A model generated the notes under the pieces. That model was not told the origin of the DNA. It saw nothing but the letters and a program-made list of their open reading frames with translations, and ran no database searches. Both the position numbers and the translations under genes were made by a program. From Octopus bimaculoides (lineage: Eukaryota), in assembly GCF_001194135.2 (NCBI RefSeq), contig NC_068983.1:22687032-22733851 (forward strand): a DNA stretch of 46,820 nt. Reading direction: 5' to 3'. Shown piece by piece: positions 1 through 11,748 of the stretch. Position 1 is the stretch's first letter; every line of letters starts with the position of its first letter.

Positions 1-31
<31 letters not shown>

Positions 32-94
32 TATAATATTATATTATGTTATATTATATTATATATATATTATTATATTATATTAACTTAGCCT

Positions 95-125
<31 letters not shown>

Positions 126-394
126 TATGTCTACATCATGAGAATTCAGAAACTTGAGGAGATTAAATATTTTGTCTTATTTTAATTGTGGAACTTGAAA
201 TGGGTAAAGCTATAAATAAAAGCATGTAACTGTTGGGTTAAAAACCATTTGGACAGAAAAAAGTCAAACAGTGTCTATGTATAACTATGTGTACAATTGT
301 GTGTATGTGTGCATGTCAACATCATTCAAGTGGCAGCATTCTTTTCCATCGTCTGTGGAAAATGTCTAGCCAAGGAGAAATATTACCTTACTTA

Positions 395-530
395 GAAATA
401 AGTGACGGTTGGTAACAGGAAGGGTGTCCAACCATAGAAAATCTGATTTGGTGAATTACATCTGACCAAGCACAGAAAACTGGACATTAAAATAATGATG
501 ATGATGATGATGATGATGGTAATGATGATA
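395..530 (+). mobile_element. Degenerate RTE-type 3' tail ending in (GAT)n
   Basis: ggttggtaacaggaagggtgtccaaccatagaaa resembles the 3' UTR at 15825-15975 and is followed by a (GAT)n tail. Confidence 0.55.
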
Positions 531-649
531 GAGTCATGTAATCGACTTATACCTTCCTTGAAATTGCTGGCCTTGTGCCAAAATTTGAAATCATAATTAT
601 TAATGTTTATACTCAAATGTTCTAGAATGTCCATCAAAATATTATCTTG

Positions 650-730
650 GGGCAGTTTAGCTTAATTGGTCGAGAGCACCGTGACGCGTAATCATGGAGG
701 TGTGAGTTCGAGTCTTATAGTTGGCCGCCA
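650..730 (+). tRNA. tRNA-Thr(CGT)-like gene or pseudogene with non-canonical anticodon arm
   Basis: Cloverleaf folded by eye: acceptor 651-657/719-725 (one G-G mismatch, two GU), D-stem GCTT/GAGC, anticodon stem CCGTGA/TCATGG with loop CGCGTAA (CGT at 687-689), T-arm GTGAG-TTCGAGT-CTTAT. A box TAGCTTAATTGG, B box GTTCGAGTC, CCA at 728-730. Confidence 0.7.
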
Positions 731-734
731 ACAC

Positions 735-740
735 TTTTTT
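735..740 (+). terminator. Pol III terminator (T6) just downstream of the tRNA-like gene
   Basis: TTTTTT begins 5 nt after the CCA. Confidence 0.5.
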
Positions 741-1271
741 CTGCAAAATACGGGTAGTTTATCCTGTTCAGGCTATATTATTAGCATTATCCTGCATTTG
801 AGAATTTAAAATCACTTCTTTCACTTTCTANNNNNNNNNNTCCTGCATTTGAGAATTTAAAATCACTTCTTTCACTTTCTAAGACATCTCAACGCTTCTA
901 AAAGTAAACTTCGTTTGTTTGTTTACGTTCATCGTAATTTGAATTTATTATCTTTATTAGTAATAAAATTACCAGTGTCACATTTGAACAAGAATAAGTT
1001 GGGAAATAAGAATACAGTTGAACAAAAATTCACAGCTATGGTTTTTATTATTGCTGATAAACCTCTTCAATAGGGAAAGGCAGTGAAATAAAACTTAGTT
1101 GGAAAGAGAAGAGAAATACTGGAAGAAAAGAAATACTGAAAGATTGCGGAATGACGAATAAGTGACTGCCTTTCTATAAATGTCATCATTAAGTCATCAT
1201 TAACTAACTTTGAACAATAAAAAAATCCAAGACAAGTGTTGGGTGTTTTGCAATATTATTCATGTTTTTAA

Positions 1272-1673
1272 GACGGTAAGCTGACAGAATATTTAACACA
1301 CTGGCCAAAATGCTTAGTGGTATTTTTTCTGTCTTTATGTTCCGAGTTCTAATTCCACCGAGCCTGACTTTACTTTTCATCCCTTCAGGGTCGATAAAAT
1401 AAGTACCAGTTGAGCACTGGGGGCTGATGTAATCATCCTAAACTCTCTTCCAAAATTACTGGCAAGCTGGAAGAATTGTTAGTACTCCATGCCAAATGCT
1501 TAGCAGCTTTTCATCTGTCTTTTATGTTCTGAGTTCAAATTCCACTGAGGTCGACTTTACTTTTCATCCTTCTGGGGTTAATAAAATAAGTACCAATCAA
1601 GTACTTGAGTCATGTAATCGAATTATACCTCCCTCGAAATTGCTGGCCTTGTGCCAAAATTTGAAATCATAAT
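1272..1673 (+). mobile_element. Two tandem copies of SINE family B (core gcctttcatcctttcggggtcgataaa; tail gccttgtgccaaaatttga)
   Basis: B-box-like ttctgagttcaaattcc and core match copies at 17577, 27884, 34667 and 42436. Confidence 0.8.
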
Positions 1674-1674
1674 T

Positions 1675-1955
1675 CTCTTTTACTCTTTTACTCTTTTACT
1701 TGTTTCAGTCATTTAACTGTGGCTATACTGGAGCACCACCTTTAGTCAAGCAAATCGACTCCAGGACTTATTCTTTGTAAGCCTAGTACTTATTCTATCG
1801 GTCTCTTTTTGCCGAACCGCTAAGTTACGGGGACGTAAACACACCAGCATCGGTTGTCAAGCGATGTTGGGAGAGGACAAACACAGACACACAAACACAC
1901 ATATATATATACATATACATATATACGACGGGCTTCTTTCAGTTTCCGTCTACCA
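1675..1955 (-). mobile_element. SINE family A, 3' half running into a gap
   Basis: Near-identical to 6319-6742 and 43358-43631; (AAAAGAGT)n-type tail and internal (TG)/(TA) microsatellite. Confidence 0.85.
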
Positions 1956-2763
1956 NNNNNNNNNNNNNNNNNNNNNNNNNNNNNNNNNNNNNNNNNNNNN
2001 NNNNNNNNNNNNNNNNNNNNNNNNNNNNNNNNNNNNNNNNNNNNNNNNNNNNNNNNNNNNNNNNNNNNNNNNNNNNNNNNNNNNNNNNNNNNNNNNNNNN
2101 NNNNNNNNNNNNNNNNNNNNNNNNNNNNNNNNNNNNNNNNNNNNNNNNNNNNNNNNNNNNNNNNNNNNNNNNNNNNNNNNNNNNNNNNNNNNNNNNNNNN
2201 NNNNNNNNNNNNGGGGTTAGTGTTGCTATGGTTATGGATTATTAACTCTTGGTGTTTAATCTTTCTTGATATATTTAAATTTAAGCGAAATGTAAAATGG
2301 TATTGTTGCTAAGCAAGATTACTAAAAATAGATTATTACAAATATTCAGGTCTTGTACAATAAACAGAGTCAGGTTGAGTCCACAAGGGATGCAAGTCAA
2401 TGAGGAACATCTGCCAGAAATAGCAGCTAACTCTCTCTCTATACCATATGTAGTCCTAGACATATTGTGGTTCTGACTAAAAAGTGGGGAATTATTACAG
2501 CTTGCTGGAACATATTTGATTATAGATCTATTGGATCAGACTTAAACCCTGAGATAAGAATAAACCAAAAATTACTGATCCAATTAATTTATGGGAACAC
2601 TGGGGCTGATTTGATCCATGATACCTGACCTTTGTAAAACTGCAGTTTTCTGCAAATATGAGATATATATATTAGTTTGTGTGTTATTTAATCCCAGGTT
2701 AGATTTGATTGAGCAGACATGTGATCAAAGGTGCTTTAGTTAAGATCATCCAGTTATTATTTA

Positions 2764-3847
2764 TCAGATCATCTCATAAGTTCTGTCCAAATTTTGAATA
2801 AAGAAAACAAGTGATCAAATGTTATATTTAATTGAAATTTAATCATCAATGTACTTTCCATGATCATCTATGACTTCCTTCCATCTATTTACAAGCTTTT
2901 AAATCCTATCAATGTAAAACTCTTTTGGTTTCAATGCGAAGAACTCTGAAATGTCAGTTTCAATCTCCTCCTGGCTTGCAAAAGTTATGTCCCCCAAATG
3001 ATTCTCTAAACTACGAAACAAATGGTAGTTTGAAGGAGCAAGGTTGGGAGAATAAGGTGGATGTGGAATTTTTTCCTAACCAAGCTTTTCGATCTTCTGT
3101 GATGTGACCTTTGCAGTGTGGAGTCGTGCATTGTCCTGATGAAACATCACTCCTTTTCGATTCACTAAAGCGGGTCTTTTTTTCTTCAAAGCTTGGTTCA
3201 AATGCTCTAATTGCTGACAGTAGACTTGAGCATTGATTGTTGCATTAGGTGGTAACAATACAAAGTGAATTAATTCTTTGCAATCCCACCAGATAGGGAG
3301 AAGAACCTTTTTTCCATGAAGTTCCCTTCTTGGTTATGGTTGAGTTTTTCCTTTTTACCAAGCTGCTGTTTACGACATTTAACATTTCAATAGAAGATCC
3401 ATTTTCCGTCACCAGTCACAAGTCTATCCAAAAAGGGTGAAATGAGTTCGCGAGAATGGAGAGAAGAGCAGATGTCAACTCAGGATTTGCGGTTGCTTTC
3501 AGACTATTCATGAGGCACCCATTTTCCAAGTTTAGGAACCTTTCCAAGTTGTTGAAGATGATGATGAACAACTGTAGAATTTGAACTAAGCTTTATTGCC
3601 AATTCTTCAACTGATAATGCAGGATTTTCTTCAAGTAATCTCTCAAGGAACTTATCATCAAACTCAACTGGATGTCCTGTTCAATCNNNNNNNNNNCTAT
3701 TATTCTGTAAAATAATATCTAATTATTTTAAATGTACACAAATGCATAAAAATAATTTTTAATTCCATTAGACATTCTAAAATACTATTAAATTTCATTC
3801 AATTTTAAAAAAAGGTAAAATTGGACAGAACTTATGGGATGACCTGA
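2764..3847 (-). mobile_element. Mariner (DD34D) DNA transposon with both TIRs and TA target duplication
   Basis: Left TIR tcagatcatctcataagttctgtccaa (from 2764) versus reverse complement of right end tcaggtcatcccataagttctgtccaa (ends 3847); TA at 2762-63 and 3848-49. Part of the interior is lost in the 10-N gap. Confidence 0.95.
2839..3686 (-). pseudogene. Mariner transposase pseudogene
   Basis: Manual translation across stops and frameshifts gives GKWVPHE, FLDRLVTGDGKW, YCQQL..KRPALVNRKGVMFHQDNARLH, HPPYSPNLAPSNYHLF, and RWKEVIDDHGKYIDD*. Confidence 0.95.
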
Positions 3848-4169
3848 TAAGTTGTAATATTTCCAGGACTACATTAGCCTGGATGCACACAGCTTCTCTT
3901 TTCAAAATAGTGAAGTGTAGTTTGATGGAAATTTGGCTGCTATTTCTTGCATTTTGAGTAACCACACAAAGAATCCTTCATTGATTTATGTTCTTCGTCT
4001 TTGGCTCTTTGATTGGTGCATGTTGTTTATGTATGATATATGTGGTGTAACTACAAACACATGGGTTTGCATTGTTATGTAATGTTTGTGATGAATGTAT
4101 TCAATTGTGCATTTTAAATTTGCATTTTGTTATATGTCATGTATATGCTAGGAATTAATTTATGTAACT

Positions 4170-4645
4170 TATGTGTTGTGAATTATGAATACATTATAAT
4201 AATAATGAGCTTATTGTCATTTGTTGTTATGTGCTGATGTGAATTATGAATATATTATAATTATAATGAGCTTATTGTTATCTGTTGTTATGTGCTGTTG
4301 TGAATTATGAATACATCATAATAATAACGAGCCTATTGTCATTTGTTGCTGTGTGCTTATGTAAATTTTGAATATATTATAATAATAACGAGCATATTGT
4401 TATCTGTTGCTATGTGCTGTTGTGAATTAGGGATACATTATAATAATAATGAGCTTATTGTCATCAATTGCTATCTGTGCTGTGGTGAATTATCAATACA
4501 TTATGATAATAATGAGCATATTGTCATTTCTTGTTAAGGAGCTTTCTGAATTATAAATACATTATAATAATAATAATTTCTTTGTCATGTGTTGCTATGT
4601 GCTGTGGTGAATTATGAATATATCATAATAATGAGTTTATTGTAT
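4170..4645. repeat. ~61-bp tandem minisatellite, about 8 degenerate units
   Basis: Recurrent tgtgaattatgaatacattataataataatgagcttattgtcatttgttg at ~61-bp spacing. Confidence 0.9.
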
Positions 4646-5197
4646 GTGGTGCTCAGGTATACTACAACTCATCAGAAAACAGAAAAAGTGGGAACAGAAA
4701 GCAAACATAAATTAACTAAAGAAAGACAAGAGTGAAAGCCAAAAGTGCAAGCACAGTATACAGAATAAAACACGAAAGGACAGAAAAATGGATAGTGAAA
4801 GAGCCATTAAGAAGAAAAGGGTGCATAGACATGTCAGCAGTGGTGTTGGCAAATTTCAAAAGACATTGAATCTCTGCAAGATACAGTGTCCTGACAGCTA
4901 ACAAATGATTTATGTATTGTTGTGGACTCTGTGCATGTTTTGCATAATGTATACTCAGAATTATAAACGCAATAGGTTATGTGCTTCTACATAAGTTATA
5001 GTGGTTGCGTGATGTTGTATGCATTGCATGATTGTGTGCGTATGTGTATGATGTTATGTGCTGTTATGAGTTGTGAGTGCGATGCTCTGTAATGTCATGT
5101 ATTGTGAATGTTGCATGTGTTGTGTGATGCAAAAAATGGTGTGTGTGCTGTACATTGGTTGTGTGGTTTGAATGTGAGTTAGATGTGATATTATGTG

Positions 5198-5199
<2 letters not shown>

Positions 5200-5287
<88 letters not shown>
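5200..5287. repeat. (TG)n microsatellite
   Basis: Pure TG run; explains the poly-HT ORF at 5054-5308. Confidence 0.95.
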
Positions 5288-5289
<2 letters not shown>

Positions 5290-5749
5290 GGTTGCTAGTG
5301 TTGTGCATGTAGTAGATAGCCTTCTTCGAAGTTGAACCTAGAATGTTTAAGTCTGAAAGTCATACTACCAGTGGCTAATATTACTATATTTGGTGATATT
5401 GACCAGAGTCCATTTCAACTATAGTCTTGAACCCTTCCGACATATTTTCCAGCTTATTGTCTTTGAGATCAGTTATGGATGGACATTAACAGACAAAAAG
5501 AAAAATTTAATTTTCACATCTAAAAGTTACATGGAACATTCTGAAACATTTTACTGAACAAGCTAACACAAATTCTGGAGTTTGGCTACCCATTGAGAGT
5601 GTTCTTATATCTACTGAAGACTATATTTCCTTTGATCCATATTTAATAAGATAATTTTCATCTCTTAGCCATTCAAAAATGCACAAAGACTGTTAACTCT
5701 ATTTAAGCATTTATCATTTGCTGTTTGGTATCAAACGTTTAAGTTGACA

Positions 5750-6200
5750 ATCATCATCATCATCATCATCATTTAACGTCCGCTTTCCATGCTAGCATGG
5801 GTTGGACGATTTGACTGAGGACTGGCGAATCAGATGGCTACACCAGGCTCCAATGTGATTTGGCAGAGTTTCTACAGCTGGATACCCTTCCTAATGCTAA
5901 CCACTCCGAGAGTGTAGTGGGTGCTTTTACGTGCCACCGGCACGAGGGCCAGTCCGGCGGTACTGGCAATGGTCATGTTCAAATGGTGTTTTTTATGTGC
6001 CACCTGCACAGGAGGCAGTCCAATGTTTTGTTCACATGCCACTGGCAAAAGTGCCAGTAAGGCGAAGCTGGAAACGATCGCGCTCAAATGGTGCTTGTTA
6101 CGTGCCACCGGCATGAAAGCGAGACCGTTGCTCTGGCAGTGATCCCACTTGGATAGTGCTGTTAGCTCTCCACTGGCATGGGTGCCAGTCATTGAATTTG
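5750..6200 (-). mobile_element. RTE LINE 3' UTR-only copy with internal tandem subrepeats and (GAT)n tail
   Basis: Matches the 3' UTR of the RT-bearing copy at 11749-12326 (tttaacgtcc...ccatgctagcatgggttggacgatttgactgagg). Confidence 0.85.
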
Positions 6201-6318
6201 GTTCAGTTTCGATCGATGTCTTTTCTTGAATAGCTAATATATGTCTTCCATAGAGTGGCCAGCTGGAGGAATTGTTACCACACCGGGAAAGATGTTTAGT
6301 GGCATTTTGTCCATGCTC

Positions 6319-6521
6319 TTTACTTGTTTCAGTCATTTGACTGTGGCCATGCTGGAGCACCGCCTTTAGTCGAGCAAATTGACCTCGGGAATTATTCTTT
6401 GTAAGACTAGTACTTATTCTATCGGTCTCTTTTGCCAAACCGCTAAGTTACGGGGATGTAAACACACCAGAATCGGTTGTCAAGCGATGTTGGGGGGACA
6501 AACACAGACACACAAACATAT

Positions 6522-6584
<63 letters not shown>

Positions 6585-6742
6585 TACGACGAGCTTCTTT
6601 CAGTTTCTGTCTACCAAATCCACTCACAAAGCTTTGGTCGGCTATAGTAGAAGACACTTGCCCAAAGTGCCACGCAGTGGGACTGAACCTGGAATCATGT
6701 GGTTGGTAAGCAAGCTACTTACCACACAGCCACTCCTACGCC
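6319..6742 (-). mobile_element. Full-length SINE family A with tRNA-like head, internal (TA)n/(TG)n and simple-repeat tail
   Basis: Head ggcgtaggagtggctgtgtggtaag...ggttcagtcccactgcgtggcac; same head at 22227 and 45089. Confidence 0.9.
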
Positions 6743-6744
6743 TA

Positions 6745-6900
6745 TCTTTACATTCTGAGTTCAAATTCCACTGAAGTTGACTTTACTTATCATCCTTTCA
6801 TGGTCAATAAAATAAGTACCAGTTGAGTACTGGGGCTCAATGTAATTGACTTACCCCCTCCCCACCGAAGTTGCTGGCCTTGTGCCAAAATTTGAAACCA
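6745..6900 (+). mobile_element. 5'-truncated SINE family B abutting the family A head
   Basis: ttctgagttcaaattccactgaag...gccttgtgccaaaatttgaaacc. Confidence 0.75.
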
Positions 6901-7783
6901 GTGTGTGTCTTTCACACTACAACCATTTTAGCTGCAACACACACTCCCAGATCAAATCACTTGCCTGCTGAGTGTATGCCGCCAAAATTTCAAAAGATTA
7001 TTCTTGTAACTGAAAGCTGTGTCCTAAATTTGTTTGAGAATATTTCAGCTCTCATCTTTTGGCAGTTTCACTGTTTCTTGCCTTACACACATAACCTCCA
7101 TGCAACAAATTGTACATTATGTATATAAGAATATTTGGTGTTATTAATAAACATTGTTGAAGATAATTCTTCTTCTATCTATTGATTATTTGACATGCTA
7201 ATCATAACACAACTAATGCATATCAAATATTGGGTTATGTGATTTGAATGGGAAAAGGTTTACGTATCTGTTGAATATTTGTGGGATGTGGCAAATAATT
7301 ATTAATATATATATATATNNNNNNNNNNNNNNNNNNNNNNNNNNNNNNNNNNNNNNNNNNNNNNNNNNNNNNNNNNNNNNNNNNNNNNNNNNNNNNNNNN
7401 NNNNNNNNNNNNNNNNNNNNNNNNNNNNNNNNNNNNNNNNNNNNNNNNNNNNNNNNNNNNNNNNNNNNNNNNNNNNNNNNNNNNNNNNNNNNNNNNNNNN
7501 NNNNNNNNNNNNNNNNNNNNNNNNNNNNNNNNNNNNNNNNNNNNNNNNNNNNNNNNNNNNNNNNNNNNNNNNNNNNNNNNNNNATGTGTGTGTGTGTATG
7601 GAGGTTTGTGTTCGTGTGTATTAATTATTGGATATTTGTATGTTATGTGTATGTTGGAACAGACAGGTACATGTAATATAATGTTTATCTCTGTGAGTTT
7701 ATGTGTTTGTATATGTAGATGAGTATGTGTGTGTTGATATATATATATATATAAGTCAGTAAATAGTGGGGTTGTGTTAACTG

Positions 7784-7826
<43 letters not shown>

Positions 7827-7842
7827 TGTGTGTGTATATGTG

Positions 7843-8970
7843 CGATGTTGGCAATTGCCTGTCAGTAACTACAGTTCCATGTGTATATGTGTATGTATGT
7901 GTAGGTATGTATGTATATCTGTATGAGTGTGATGTTGGCAATCATCGGTCTATAAATACGCTTCTATGTGTGTCTGTGTATGTTTGCATATGTGTGTGTA
8001 TGTGTGTCTATATGTGCGATGTTAATTTTCAGTCTGTCAATATCCTTCTATGTGTGTGTCTTTGTGTGTTTGTGTATGTGTGTGAGTACATGAGTGTATG
8101 TGTGTGTGAGTGTGTATGTGCGATGTTGGCAAATTGTATATATGTGTGTACATGTGTATATGTATGTGTGTGTACGTGTGAGATGTTAGCAATTGTCAAT
8201 CTGTCAATATATTTCAAAGTGTGTGTTCGTATGAGTGTGTATTTGTGCGTGTGTGTGTGTGAGAGAGAGAGAGATGTTAGGAGCTTTTTATCTATAAGTA
8301 CACTTCTCTGTGTGTGATGTGCGCATATCTATACACTTATACATGTACATGCATGTTTGTAGATGATTATACATATGTGCGTGTACATGTACATGTGTCC
8401 ATGAGTGCGTGTGTATATGTTTATGTATGTGTTTGATGTTAGCCATTTTCTATCTGCAAGTGAACTTTTTCTCTATGTATGCGCATATGCATGTTCGCAT
8501 GTTATGTGTAGGTTGTATATATTGATACTTGCAAGGCTGTATGTGTATATGTGTATGTATGTATGTATGCTAAATCTGACATTTCAGACTTCTTTGTAAT
8601 TAACATATAAATTATAATGACATTTCAAAACTTTGTTGGATGATAAAAGGAAGTCAGAAATGTGCAGAACTGAAGTACCAGAATTTGGAATATCCACTAG
8701 TAACCGAAATGTCCAGTGGTAACCAGAATAACAACCGGTAATTTGAATATGTTTTGGTAACTAGAGCAACCATTTATAACAATAAAGTTGCTGCTGGTGT
8801 CTCTAACAGTTATTGGTAACCACAATATCCATGGTAACTAGAATAACCAGTGAGCGAGTTGTTATTTTGTGTGTAGGTGTATATGTGTGTATGCATGTGT
8901 AGGTGTGTGTGTGTGTGAGTGTGTGTGTGTGTGATGTCGGCAAACTGTCCATCGGTATGTACACTTCTTT
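7843..8970. repeat. Compound repeat: ~35-bp core (GATGTTGGCAAT...TCTGT..ATAC.CTTCT) separated by variable TG/TATG tracts
   Basis: Core recurs near 7845, 7931, 8018, 8122, 8181, 8274, 8436 and 8933. Confidence 0.7.
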
Positions 8971-9133
8971 ATTCTTCTATTCTTTTACTTGTTTCGGTCA
9001 TTTGACTGCGGCCATGCTGGAGCTCCATGTTAAAGTGATTTTTAGTTGAAGAAAACAACCCCAGGACTTATTCTTTGTAATCCTAGTACTTATCCTACTG
9101 GTCTCTTTTGCTGAACTGCTAAGTTACAGTGAT
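8971..9133 (-). mobile_element. SINE family A 3' fragment, degenerate
   Basis: tttacttgtttcggtcatttgactgcggccatgctggag...aggacttattctttgtaa. Confidence 0.75.
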
Positions 9134-10295
9134 GTAGAGTATCAGTAACGAGGTTAGGTATGGTGAAAAACTTTCTTCTTCAACCTGCTGTCTGGAACAA
9201 GGAAAACAATTAACAATCGATAATAACTTTTAACTTAGGCACAAGACCAAGCATTTTGTGGGGAAGGTACAAGTCAGGGACATTGATTCATGTACTTGAC
9301 AGGTATTTATTTTGTCTCTGAAAGAAAAAAGAAACCAGATAAGCAAATGGAAACGAAGAAAATTCTTCAATTATAGTAAGTAAAAATTTGAATAATTAGA
9401 ATGAGAAAGGTGTCATTTCAAGTGTATTGACAAATTTTTAGATGGATAGGTAGCTTTTATAAGTGAAATATCTTTCAGCTGATAGAGTTTGGTTTAATTT
9501 CCTAACATACATGGCAATTGGTGCAAACTTGCCATACTTCTTCAACAGAACAGAAAATGATGGGTAACATATTTTTATGACATGAAGCATTCTTCTTATA
9601 CCAGTAATTCTAAATGTATAGTTGTTGAAGCAGTAGCACAAGTATGAGACAGATAATCAGTTGTAAAATTTTTCAAATCAGGTTTACAGTTTATAGAATA
9701 TGAGAGGGGAGAATGTTTGATTATCCAGCATATGATTTTATCATATTTTTTATTATTATTTCTGTCTGGTTTTCATTGTCAGATATAAATGAAATGAACC
9801 TTTGATCTGTCTCTAAATTAAAATGTTTTGTGAGGAAACATTTCCATTTTCTCACGACTTCAATAACTCCATCAGCTTCTATGTTAACAATATGGTAATT
9901 TTTTTTTTTCTCAGAATTAATTCAAGACCTTGACAAAATTCCACAGCCTACCATCTTGAGATAATGTTGCAGTTATAGTCTCATCAGTAGCATCTGTAAA
10001 GGACAAATTATTATTGATAGCAACCACAGCTGCTCATTTAATAACATTTTAAATAGAAATGTTGCATTTCATAGTATCTTGATAAGGGTAACTTATACTA
10101 ACTTAAACAGCCTAATCTTTGAAGAGCAAGAAAAGCACAAGCATTGCTGTGTGATAAAAAGTTCGCTTTTCAATCACATGGTTCCAGGTTCAGTCTCACT
10201 GTATAACACCTTGGACAGCCTAGGACTAATCAAAGCCTTGTAATGCTTCATCAGTTATCAACCTAAAATACTAATACCCAGTTTCATGCCATTAA

Positions 10296-10340
<45 letters not shown>

Positions 10341-10344
<4 letters not shown>

Positions 10345-10675
10345 GAGACCCCCTTCGGTCACGAATGACCATGGGATTGCACCTAGAAAGTTACCCTCCG
10401 AGGCATAAGTCCGGGCAAGGTTGTTTATGGAAGACCAGCAGTCGCCCATGCATACCAGCCTCCCCTTCCCGCACCACTGATGTTATCCAAGGGAAAGGCA
10501 AAGGCCGATACAGCTTGGCACCAGTGACATTGCAACTCATTTCTACAGCTGAGTAAACAGGAGCAATGTGAAATAAAGTGTCTTGCTCAAGAACACAACA
10601 CGCAGCCCGGTCTGGGATTCGAACTCACAACCTCACGGCCGTAAGTTCGGTGCTTTAACCACTGAGCCATGCACC

Positions 10676-10679
<4 letters not shown>
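10341..10679 (-). mobile_element. tRNA-derived SINE family C
   Basis: Minus-strand head gaaggtgcatggctcagtggttaaagc...gttcgaatcccagacc with A and B boxes, then tgtgttcttgagcaagacacttt. Confidence 0.85.
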
Positions 10680-10708
<29 letters not shown>

Positions 10709-10714
10709 ATATAT

Positions 10715-10885
10715 AGTGAAAATTTACAAAAAAAATAAAAGACGAAGATGGGCATGTAAACAACAAACAGATGTATTAGTTTAACACTTGGGAAGTGAGA
10801 AAGTCTTTTATGTTTCGAGCCTACGCTCTTCGACAGAAAGGAACACAGAAATAAACAATGAGAGAAAGCAGAAAATAGAAAATAC
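10715..10885 (-). mobile_element. Penelope-like pLTR-type fragment with minimal hammerhead-like motif (10805-10840)
   Basis: cttt-CTGTCGA-A-GAGC-gtag-GCTC-GAAA-CA-TA-aaag; flanked by (CA)/(TA)/(TG) tracts. Penelope origin is inferred. Confidence 0.55.
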
Positions 10886-10984
10886 ATATGTGTGTGTGTG
10901 TGTGTGTGTGTGTGTATAGATACATATACATATGCACGCTCACACACACACACATATATATTTATATATATGGTAGGCTTCAGT

Positions 10985-11260
10985 ACAGCTATCCTCATCC
11001 ACACGTGTCATATGCTCATGCCAATGCAATCTTTTCTCTCACACACTACACCTGATTTCTCTTATGCTTATTTTTCCTCATAACACATTTGTACTGTCAT
11101 TCATGCACACAGATATTGCACATGCATAGAGCATGCTCACTTCATTTCTTTCTAGTTCTTCTACATTCAGGACCCAATCTCTCTACCATATAGCATTGCG
11201 GTTAGTAATCAAGCAGCATACAGTCTGCCTTTTACTTTGTGAGAGAAACCTTTTATTACC
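10985..11260 (-). pseudogene. Older degenerate RTE RT C-terminal fragment
   Basis: Aligns by eye to 12200-12320 (cagctatcctcatcca...); remnants of the LERNEVSML stretch. Confidence 0.6.
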
Positions 11261-11748
11261 AACATAGGTAATAGCTCTTTGAAGACATTTGCACAAGGTG
11301 ATGCTCAGTAGGACTGAACCTGAAACATGTGGTTACAAAGCTAACTTCTTAACCACATAGCCCAAAAAATTACCTTAAAGAGAATTAGTTGCAATGTCAG
11401 CTTTTTGTCTGGTCTTGCTTTCTTGTCCATTTTGTTTCAATAATTGATAATTTTAAAATTGATTTTAAAGAAAGTTTCAGATATAATACTCTAATCAATT
11501 TAAAAGAGACATCTTGCCAGTAGCCATTACTAACATAGTAACGGAAGGTGTAAGACAGTGAAAAGAACATAACTGTTTGTATAGATAAGCAGTTCTTATC
11601 ATAACTCTTGGAATATTGCTTAAAAAACAGAAAGTAGGGTTACTGGTTACATAAACTGCTTACATAAACAGAACACAATTGATAGTTTTTAGTTTTGTCT
11701 GGAACTAAGTCTACACTCCTCTCCACACACACATGCATAAATGCTACA

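Noticed and set aside
790-880. 41-bp direct repeat on both sides of a 10-N gap
   Set aside because: Identical contig ends across a gap are most likely an unmerged assembly overlap.
4650-4900. Lys-rich plus-strand reading frame
   Set aside because: Interrupted by a stop, with no homology recognised and no splice support.
7843-8970. CRISPR-like repeat-spacer appearance
   Set aside because: Eukaryotic context, degenerate repeats, microsatellite spacers and no cas genes.
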